A stretch of 64,000 nucleotides of DNA from Candidatus Obscuribacteraceae bacterium (GTDB lineage Bacteria > Cyanobacteriota > Vampirovibrionia > Obscuribacterales > Obscuribacteraceae). Position 1 is the stretch's first letter; each line of letters starts with the position of its first letter. The stretch covers positions 32,001 through 96,000 of the forward strand of contig JBGASG010000005.1 in assembly GCA_044229845.1 (NCBI GenBank), read 5' to 3'. The notes beneath the pieces were generated by a model, which searched no databases, was not told the origin of the DNA, and saw only the letters and a list, made by a program, of their open reading frames with translations. This document shows positions 56,261 through 64,000 of the stretch, one piece after another. The translations under genes were made by a program, and so were the position numbers.

Positions 56261-57616
56261 TTATATCGAATTCTCCGGAGCCGCCACCGCTTGCACAGGC
56301 TCGTCGTTGCGCAGGTCGTCGGAAGGGCTGATTACCACATGCTCGCCGCCGTTCAGCCCGGTTTTGATCTCCACTTCTTCCCCGAAGTCGCGCCCGATGC
56401 CAACCTGCTGGTAGTGCGCCTTGCCATCACGCACCACCACTACATACATGCCATCAGTCCGCGTCACGATCGTCGTGCCCGGAACCCGAATCCAGGGCTG
56501 CTCACGCACCGTCGTCACCTTCACCTCCGCATACATCCCGGGCAAAAGAGCATGGTCCGGATTGTCTATCTTGATCTCAGTTTGCCTCGTGCGCGTGTTC
56601 GGGTCCAGCGCACCGCTAACGTTCGTCACCGTCCCCACAAACTTGCGCTCCGGATACTCCGGCACCAGCACGTCAGCCATCATGCCCGGCTTCATGTACC
56701 GCGCAATGCGCTGAGGCACACTTATATAGATGCGCAGCGCGTCGATCTTGGCCATCTGATAGAGTTCCAGATTGCTGCTGCTCGAGCCTTTCGTGATCAG
56801 GGCGCCCGGATCGACCTTGCGCAGGGTAATCACGCCATCGAAAGGTGCAATCACCTTCTGGAACCCCTGCTCCGCTTCCAGTCGCTTCACCGCCGCGGTC
56901 TTCGCCAGCACCGCCGATGCCGCCTGCTTTACCTCGGCTTTTCCCACTTCTACCTGAGCCTGCGCCGCCTTCAAATTAGCCTGTTGGGCACTGAGGTCCG
57001 CGTTCTCCGCATCGAGCGAACGGATTTTTTCATCGCGACTTTGCTGGCTTACTGAGCCGCGCATGCACATGTCCTGCCAGCGCTTGGCGGTAATGGTGGC
57101 GTACTGCACGTTAGCCTTCGCCTTCTCCACATCGGCTTGCGCCGTCGCCACTTTGGCATTGTCTTCCTTCACCTGTGCAATCGCATTGTCGTAGCCCGCC
57201 TTGGCCTCAAGCAAATCCGCGCGCGCCTGATCGAGTTCTTCATCGACTGTAGGCGTGTCGATCTCCGCAATCAGCTGCCCCTTCTTTACGGAATCACCGA
57301 TGTCGACGAGGCGGGTCTTCAAATATCCGTCGACGCGCGCATAGATCGTGGTGTACTGAATCGCGCCGATGTTGCCGGGCAAGTTGATCGACTCGGTGTG
57401 GTCAGCCGACTTTGCCGTGATGGTGCGCACGATTGGAACAGCACCCACCGTTTCCTCATGCATCTTCTTCAGTTCGCCCTGACGCATGATGCGCGGCACC
57501 ACTCCGACCATCAGCAGGATGCCCAGCACCACCGCCGCCGCAATCGCGACGTTGATCCACATCGCGTGACTGCGCTTCTTAGGTTCCTGCGGCTCGTAGC
57601 TGTATTGCTCTGTCAT
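56261..57616 (-). CDS. RND periplasmic adaptor (membrane fusion protein)
   Basis: N-terminal TM; IYARVDGYL..RLVDIGDSVKKGQL, IAPFDGVIT, LDPNTRT, LLPGMYA. Confidence 0.95.
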   Translation of the reverse strand: MTEQYSYEPQEPKKRSHAMWINVAIAAAVVLGILLMVGVVPRIMRQGELKKMHEETVGAVPIVRTITAKSADHTESINLPGNIGAIQYTTIYARVDGYLKTRLVDIGDSVKKGQLIAEIDTPTVDEELDQARADLLEAKAGYDNAIAQVKEDNAKVATAQADVEKAKANVQYATITAKRWQDMCMRGSVSQQSRDEKIRSLDAENADLSAQQANLKAAQAQVEVGKAEVKQAASAVLAKTAAVKRLEAEQGFQKVIAPFDGVITLRKVDPGALITKGSSSSNLELYQMAKIDALRIYISVPQRIARYMKPGMMADVLVPEYPERKFVGTVTNVSGALDPNTRTRQTEIKIDNPDHALLPGMYAEVKVTTVREQPWIRVPGTTIVTRTDGMYVVVVRDGKAHYQQVGIGRDFGEEVEIKTGLNGGEHVVISPSDDLRNDEPVQAVAAPENSI

Positions 57617-60600
57617 TTCTCGTCCTGCTGGTGGGGTTCGGTCGCCGGCTTGCCGGTTTCTTCTTTGCGACGCTTGTTCTTATCCTGGCGGCCGCGCATG
57701 ATGCTGAATATTAAAGGGACAAAGAGCAATGTCGAGAACGTCGCCACCGTCAACCCGCCGATCACGGCGCGCCCGATTGGCGCGTTCTGCGAACCGCCCT
57801 GTCCGGCACCGATCGCCATCGGAATCATGCCGATGATCATTGCGGTGGCCGTCATCATCACTGGACGAAACCGCTGGTAGCCCGCATTCAATGCCGACGT
57901 GTGGGCATCGAATCCGTCCTGCCGCTGTTCATTGGCGAAGGTGACCATCAATATACTGTTGGCGCAAGCCACACCTACCGTCATGATGGTGCCCATCAAT
58001 GCCGGAATACTGAAGGTCGTCTGAGTCACGAACAGGCTCCACAAGATGCCTGTGAACGCCCCGGGAATCGCCATCAATATAATGAGCGGATCCGACCACG
58101 ACTGGTAATTAACCACCAGCAGAAGATAAACCAGCACCATCGCAAACACCAGCCCGAAGAGCAGCGCCTTGAAGGCGCTCACCATGCTCTCGACCTGCCC
58201 GGCAATCACCATAAAGCTGCCGCGCGGCAACTTGGGTCGGTACTCCTCGACGATTTTCTTGATGTCCGTCGCCACGCCGCCCAGGTCGCGATCTTGACAG
58301 GCGGCATAAACATCGAAGGTCGGCTGCACGTTGTAGTGATTCACCACCGCCGGTGTCGGCTCACGCCGCGGCGTCGCCACGTTGTAGAGCATCTCAGGCT
58401 GGCGCGGCAATTTGACGCCGGTGGTGTTCTGATTTTCTGCCTGCTGCGCGGCTTGCACCGAAGGATCGCTGGGCGTCAGCGCCGTGATGCCCATGTCATT
58501 CAACGAGTGAATCCGATACTGCGGCGTTTGCGAAGACAGGTAATAGTTGACGCCGTTCTTGTTGTTCAACCAGAAGTTCGGCGCTACTTGAAAGCTCGAC
58601 GACAGCGAAATCAACACGGAGTTGGAGATGTCCTTTTGCGTCAGTCCCATCTGATTGGCGCGCGTGCGGTCGACATCGAAGATAAACTGCGGCGCCGTCA
58701 CCACCTGGTGCACACAAACATCCACAGCCCCGGGCACCTTCTCCACGGCGCGTTTGATGTCGCGCGCAATTTCATAATTCTTGTCCGGGTCCAGCCCGGT
58801 GATGCGTATATCAATCGGAGCCGGCAACCCGGCATTCAAAATCTGCGAAACGATATCCGCCGGCTGGAAGTAATACGTCACTTCGGGGAAGTCGTGGGTG
58901 ACCATCTTGCGGACTTCTTTCTGGTACCAGCCCGTCGGGTGCGCGCGGTGCTCCGACAAGGTGACGAGTATCTCACCGTCGGCTTCGCTGATAGTCTGGC
59001 TGTCGGAGAAGGCATAGTTAACACCGCTGATCGGCATGCCGATGTTGTCGGTGATCACCACAATCTCGTCTGGCGGAATGATCTGGCGAATGCGATCTTC
59101 GATGCTGTGGAAGATGCGCTCGGTCTGTTCGACGCGGGTGCCGGGGCGGGCATTGACGTGCAGGCGCAACTGTCCTGCGTCGATCGCCGGGAAGAAGTCT
59201 TCGCCGATGCGCGGCAAGAGCACTATGAATGAAACTGCGTAGAAGAGCAGGAAGATGCCGACGCCCATCAGGGGGCGATCGAGAAGAAACTCCAGAACGC
59301 TCTTGTAATGCTCGCGCGCGTCCTCAAACCGGTCATCGATGAACTTGTGGATTTTACCGAAGAACGAAATCTGCTTCGGCTTGCCTGATTTTTCTTGTTC
59401 CAGTTGCTGATGGTGCTCGTATCCGATCAGCGCTTTAGACATGAGAGGAACGATCGTCCGCGACAGTCCATAGGACGCCAGCATGGCAAAAACTACAGCC
59501 ATTCCCAGGGGTACGAAGAGCGAACGCGAGGGTTCCGTCAAGAAAATCAACGGCACGAAGACTATACAAATAGATAGCGTCGAAACCAGCGCCGGCGTCG
59601 CCACCTGCTGCGCGCCATCGAGAATGGCTCGCGTGATCTCTTTGCCCAGTCCGAGATTTCGGTGCAGGTTCTCGATCTCCACGGTGGCATCGTCGACCAG
59701 CATGCCGACCGCCAGGGCGAGCCCTCCCAGGGTCATGCTATTGATCGTTTCTCCACAGACATGCAGTCCGACAAGCGAACAGAGCATCGCCAGAGGAATG
59801 GAGGTTGCCACGATCAAGGTGCTGCGCCAACTGCCCAGCAATGCCAGCATCATCAAAGCCGTTAGCCCGGCCGCGGTGACGGCCTCGCGCACCACTTCGC
59901 CGACGCACTCTCTGACGAAGATAGACTGGTCTGTGAGCAGTGAGACCTTGCATTCCGGCGGCACAATCGACTGGATGCGCGGCAAGATGTCTTTGATGCG
60001 ATTGACCACGGACAGCGTGGATGCATCGCCGTTTTTCAAGATGTTGAACATAATGGCGCGCCGCCCGTTGTTGTTGACGATGTTGAGCTGCGGCTGATAA
60101 CCGTCATGTACGAAGGCGACGTCTTTGAGAAACACCACCGCGCCGTTTTGCGACTTGACCGGAATGTCATTGAGACGATCGATGACGGTCGGAATGTTGT
60201 TGAGCGTCATGATGTATTCGTAGGTGCCGATCTTGGCGGTTCCCGAAGGGGCAATGATTGCCTGGTCGTTGAGGACCTGCACGACTTCGTCGGCGGAGAC
60301 GCCGTTGGCGATGATGGCTTGAGGATTGAGGTCAACGATTACCTGGCGATACTTGCCGCCATACGGGAAGGGAATCGTCGCACCCTGGATGGTGGCGAGC
60401 TGGTTGCGCACGAAGTTGTTGGCTATGTCGAACAGAGCGGCCTCAGATAAGGTCTTGCTGGACAACTGCAACTGCAATACCGGAACATCAGTCGCGCTCG
60501 ATACCGTCACGAACGGCGGTGTGATGCCCGGCGGCAGGTAGTTGATGACGGCATTGCCGATAGAGGTAACCATTGCCACCGACTGTCCGATGTCGGTGCC

Positions 60601-60894
60601 CTTATACAGATAAACCTTGATGATGCTCAGCCCGCTTATCGAAGTGGATTCGACGTGCTCGATGCCGTTTACCGTCGAGGTCAACCATTGCTCTGTCGAT
60701 GTGGTGACTAGTTTCTCGATGTAATAGGGCGACATGCCCGTATAAGTCCAGACGCAACTGACAATCGGAATATCTATGGAGGGGAAGATGTCCACTGCCA
60801 TCTGTTTGATCGAGATCACCCCGAAGATCAAAATGGCGATGGCCATGACTATGAAGGTATGGGCGCGCTTGAGTGCTAGCTCAACGATCCACAT
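57613..60894 (-). CDS. RND efflux permease (paralog 2)
   Basis: Start MWIVELALKR at 60894; AVGMLVDDATVEIEN, ANSILMV, RFRPVMMTA. Confidence 0.95.
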   Translation of the reverse strand: MWIVELALKRAHTFIVMAIAILIFGVISIKQMAVDIFPSIDIPIVSCVWTYTGMSPYYIEKLVTTSTEQWLTSTVNGIEHVESTSISGLSIIKVYLYKGTDIGQSVAMVTSIGNAVINYLPPGITPPFVTVSSATDVPVLQLQLSSKTLSEAALFDIANNFVRNQLATIQGATIPFPYGGKYRQVIVDLNPQAIIANGVSADEVVQVLNDQAIIAPSGTAKIGTYEYIMTLNNIPTVIDRLNDIPVKSQNGAVVFLKDVAFVHDGYQPQLNIVNNNGRRAIMFNILKNGDASTLSVVNRIKDILPRIQSIVPPECKVSLLTDQSIFVRECVGEVVREAVTAAGLTALMMLALLGSWRSTLIVATSIPLAMLCSLVGLHVCGETINSMTLGGLALAVGMLVDDATVEIENLHRNLGLGKEITRAILDGAQQVATPALVSTLSICIVFVPLIFLTEPSRSLFVPLGMAVVFAMLASYGLSRTIVPLMSKALIGYEHHQQLEQEKSGKPKQISFFGKIHKFIDDRFEDAREHYKSVLEFLLDRPLMGVGIFLLFYAVSFIVLLPRIGEDFFPAIDAGQLRLHVNARPGTRVEQTERIFHSIEDRIRQIIPPDEIVVITDNIGMPISGVNYAFSDSQTISEADGEILVTLSEHRAHPTGWYQKEVRKMVTHDFPEVTYYFQPADIVSQILNAGLPAPIDIRITGLDPDKNYEIARDIKRAVEKVPGAVDVCVHQVVTAPQFIFDVDRTRANQMGLTQKDISNSVLISLSSSFQVAPNFWLNNKNGVNYYLSSQTPQYRIHSLNDMGITALTPSDPSVQAAQQAENQNTTGVKLPRQPEMLYNVATPRREPTPAVVNHYNVQPTFDVYAACQDRDLGGVATDIKKIVEEYRPKLPRGSFMVIAGQVESMVSAFKALLFGLVFAMVLVYLLLVVNYQSWSDPLIILMAIPGAFTGILWSLFVTQTTFSIPALMGTIMTVGVACANSILMVTFANEQRQDGFDAHTSALNAGYQRFRPVMMTATAMIIGMIPMAIGAGQGGSQNAPIGRAVIGGLTVATFSTLLFVPLIFSIMRGRQDKNKRRKEETGKPATEPHQQDEK

Positions 60895-63800
60895 GGTCAC
60901 CTCCTGCCGGCGAGGCACCTGGGCGTTTCTTTCTACTGATGCTGAAGATCAGGGGCACGAAAAACAGGGTCGACATGGTCGCCACTAGCAGCCCACCGAT
61001 CACGGCCCGTCCAATGGGCGCATTTTGTGAGCCACCGTCACCAGTGCCCAGCGACATCGGAATCATCCCGATAATCATGGCGGTAGCGGTCATGATTACC
61101 GGCCTGAACCGTTCGTATCCCGCGTTATAAGCCGACGTCAAGCTGTCAAAGCCTTCGGCGAGTTGTTCTCGCGCAAAGGTCACCATCAAGATGCTGTTCG
61201 CCGATGCCACGCCAATCGTCATGATGGCACCCATCAATGCCGGGATGGTGAACGTGGTCTGGGTGACGAACAAACTCCAGATAATCCCGGAGAGAGCGCC
61301 GGGTACCGCCATCAAAATTATCAGGGGATCGCTCCACGACTGGAAGTTGACCACCAGGAGCAGGTAAACCAGCAAAATGGCGAATGCCAACCCCGCCAGC
61401 AGAGTCATGAACGCCAGTTCCATACTCATCACCTGACCGGCGCTGAACATAAAGGTGCCGTCCGGCAGTTTCTTCTTAAATGGCTCAAGGACTTTTTTCA
61501 GGTCTTCCGCTACGCCGCCCAGATCGCGCGACTGGCACGAAACAAACACGTCATAAACCGGCATCACCGAAACATGATTCACCACAGCCGGTGTCACCGA
61601 CCGCTTGAATTGCGCCACGTTTGTGAGCACGGGCGGGTTTTCCACGACCTGCCCCCGGCGACTGGTCGGAGTAATTGCCATAAAGCGCAAGTCGTCGAGG
61701 CTGGCAATCAAATGCTGCGGAGTCTGCACAGCCAGGTTGTAATTAATGCGATTGCCGTTGTTCAACCAGAAATTCGGAAACATCTGGAAGCTCGAACTCA
61801 AATTGACCAGGAAGGAATTGGAGACGTCCTTCTGTGTGACACCCATCTGGATTGACTTGGTGCGGTCCACCTCCCATTGAAAGTGCGGAGCATTGGGAAC
61901 CTGGTGCACCGTCACATCCACGGCGCCCCGAATGCGGGACACAGCGCGTTTGATCTCGACTGCCAGCTCGTAGTTTTTCTGACGGTTCATCCCGATTACT
62001 TTGATATCGACAGGCGCGGGCAGACCGGCGTTCAAAATCTGCGACACCATATCGGCAGGCTGGAAGTAGCAGTTCAGGTCGGGAAACTTCTTCTTCAGCA
62101 TCTCCCGAATACGGTCCTGGTAATACATGGTGGAGTGTGAGCGATTTTTCGAAAGCGAGAGCAGGATCTCGCCGTCCGCTTCGCTGATGGTCTGGCTGTC
62201 GGACAACGCGTAATTGATACCGCTTACCGGCAGACCGATATTGTCGATGACACCGGTCACCTCCCCTGGTGGCAGCAACTCTTTCACGGCATCCTCCACC
62301 TTGTGGAAGACTTGTTCAGTTGTTTCGACGCGCGTTCCCGGCGTGCAACAGACATGCAGCCGGATCTGCCCGCCATCGATGGCTGGGAAATAGTCCTGCC
62401 CGATAAAAGGCAACAAACAAAACGAGAGCGCGTAGAAGCACAGAAACAGACTCACCCCGATCGTCGGTCGATCGAGCAACCAGCGCAGCACACCTTGATA
62501 GGTATGGCGGGCGTTTTCGAATTGCGTGTCTACGAAGTGATGGATGTTTCCGAAGAAGCCGCGCGGCTTGTCCGCGTTTCTTTCCTTGAGCTCGTGCTCG
62601 TGGGCGAGCAGGTGCTTGGACATGAGCGGCACCATCGTGCGCGACAACGCGTACGACGCCATCATCGCGAAGGCGACTGCCATGCCCAGGGGCACGAAGA
62701 GCGAACGCGATGGTTCCGTGAGCAGAAACACCGGCACGAAAACAATGCAGATCGACATCGTCGAGACCAGCGCCGGCAGCGCCACCTGCTGCGCGCCATC
62801 AAGAATGGCTGTGACGATGTCTTTGCCCATATCTAGATTGCGGTGCACGTTTTCGATTTCGACCGTAGCATCGTCAACCAGCATGCCGACCGCCAGTGCC
62901 AGCCCGCCCAGTGTCATCGAATTTATCGATTGCCCGGTCACTGCCAGCGCAATAAATGCCGTCAGCATCGCCAGCGGAATGGATGTAGCGACGATCAAGG
63001 TGCTGCGCCAACTGCCCAGCAAAGCCAGGATCATCAGCGCCGTCAATGCCGCCGCGATCACCGCCTCCCGCACCACCTCGGCAACGCATTCGCGCACGAA
63101 CTCCGACTGATCGGTGAGGACGGTAATTTTGCACTCCGGCGGTATCAGTGCTTCGAGGCGCGGCAACTGTTTCTTGACGTTCTCCACAACAGTAAGGGTG
63201 GACGCGTCGGCGTTCTTCAAAATATTGAAGAGCACCGCACGCTTGCCGTTGATGTTGACGACATTGAGCTGTGGCTGGTTTCCATCATGCGCCTGCCCCA
63301 CGTCGCGCAGAAAAACAACGGCGCCCTTGTAGTTTTTCACAGGCAGGTTATTCAGCTCTTCGATAGTGGCGGGTATGTTGTTGAGCTGAATCATATACTC
63401 GCTGCCGCCGATTTTTGCGGTGCCCGTGGGCGCGAGGACGTTCTGCGCTTTGATTGTGTTGACGATGGCATCAGCGGAGAGTCCGTAGGCGTAGAGCGCT
63501 TTCGGGTCCAGGTCGATCATCACCTGGCGATACTTGCCGCCGTATGGAAACGGAATCTTCGTCCCTTGCACCGTTGCCAGCTGGCTGCGCAGCAGGTTGT
63601 TGGCAATATCGAATATTCTCGCTTCTGATATGGTGTCACTCTGGATGCCCAGTTGCAGCACCGGAACATCCGTGGCGCTCGATGCGGTCACGAAAGGCGG
63701 GTTGATGCCACGCGGCATCTGTCGGAGCAGCGCGGCACCCACGGACGTCGCCATCGCTACGTCTTCGCCGACGTTGATGCCTTCGTTGAGATAGAGCTTG

Positions 63801-64000
63801 ATGACGGCGATGCCACTCACGGAAATCGATTCCATGCGTTTGATGCCGTTGACCGTCGAGGTGAGCGCGCGCTCTGTGACGGAGGTGATGATGCTTTCCA
63901 TGCCGTAAGGCGACATGCCCGTGTAGGTCCACGCCACGCTGACGATGGGAATGTTGATTACCGGGAAGATGTCGACGGACATCTTGTGCAACGAGATGAT
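60881..64000 (-). CDS. RND efflux permease (paralog 1); N-terminus lies beyond the window edge
   Basis: Same motifs as the downstream paralog; alignment shows the first ~30 residues are missing. Confidence 0.95.
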   Translation of the reverse strand: MISLHKMSVDIFPVINIPIVSVAWTYTGMSPYGMESIITSVTERALTSTVNGIKRMESISVSGIAVIKLYLNEGINVGEDVAMATSVGAALLRQMPRGINPPFVTASSATDVPVLQLGIQSDTISEARIFDIANNLLRSQLATVQGTKIPFPYGGKYRQVMIDLDPKALYAYGLSADAIVNTIKAQNVLAPTGTAKIGGSEYMIQLNNIPATIEELNNLPVKNYKGAVVFLRDVGQAHDGNQPQLNVVNINGKRAVLFNILKNADASTLTVVENVKKQLPRLEALIPPECKITVLTDQSEFVRECVAEVVREAVIAAALTALMILALLGSWRSTLIVATSIPLAMLTAFIALAVTGQSINSMTLGGLALAVGMLVDDATVEIENVHRNLDMGKDIVTAILDGAQQVALPALVSTMSICIVFVPVFLLTEPSRSLFVPLGMAVAFAMMASYALSRTMVPLMSKHLLAHEHELKERNADKPRGFFGNIHHFVDTQFENARHTYQGVLRWLLDRPTIGVSLFLCFYALSFCLLPFIGQDYFPAIDGGQIRLHVCCTPGTRVETTEQVFHKVEDAVKELLPPGEVTGVIDNIGLPVSGINYALSDSQTISEADGEILLSLSKNRSHSTMYYQDRIREMLKKKFPDLNCYFQPADMVSQILNAGLPAPVDIKVIGMNRQKNYELAVEIKRAVSRIRGAVDVTVHQVPNAPHFQWEVDRTKSIQMGVTQKDVSNSFLVNLSSSFQMFPNFWLNNGNRINYNLAVQTPQHLIASLDDLRFMAITPTSRRGQVVENPPVLTNVAQFKRSVTPAVVNHVSVMPVYDVFVSCQSRDLGGVAEDLKKVLEPFKKKLPDGTFMFSAGQVMSMELAFMTLLAGLAFAILLVYLLLVVNFQSWSDPLIILMAVPGALSGIIWSLFVTQTTFTIPALMGAIMTIGVASANSILMVTFAREQLAEGFDSLTSAYNAGYERFRPVIMTATAMIIGMIPMSLGTGDGGSQNAPIGRAVIGGLLVATMSTLFFVPLIFSISRKKRPGASPAGGDHVDR

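Overview
Bacterial chromosome window. The protein families (YD-repeat and annexin-like proteins, kinesin-light-chain-type TPR proteins, VirB10-like proteins, paired RND pumps, MqnP-type prenyltransferase) suggest Candidatus Melainabacteria/Obscuribacterales; this is inference only. The left part (~5-27 kb) is an accessory region ending at a tRNA-Arg(UCG). It holds a visibly AT-richer RND efflux operon, a radC/JAB gene cut off by a RIT (recombinase-in-trio) element, a 7-gene arsenic-resistance operon (arsR-arsI-arsC-unknown Cys-rich membrane protein-acr3-arsD-arsA) and an ABC-ATPase/TOPRIM (OLD-like) nuclease gene split by an IS3 element with a 3-bp target duplication. A second RIT-like end motif beyond arsR suggests the ars operon is cargo of the RIT element. 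The right part is mostly core-like: YD-repeat/zinc-protease protein, Rieske oxygenase plus MFS, sigma-70 factor, corA, quinone oxidoreductase, response regulator, MnmD-like methyltransferase, a giant charged-helix TPR protein, WD40 protein, kdsD, mqnP and two tandem RND permeases. Several intergenic regions contain unexplained structure: an 11-bp phased array, long stem-loops, a triple palindrome and twin hairpins. No CRISPR array or rRNA was seen.
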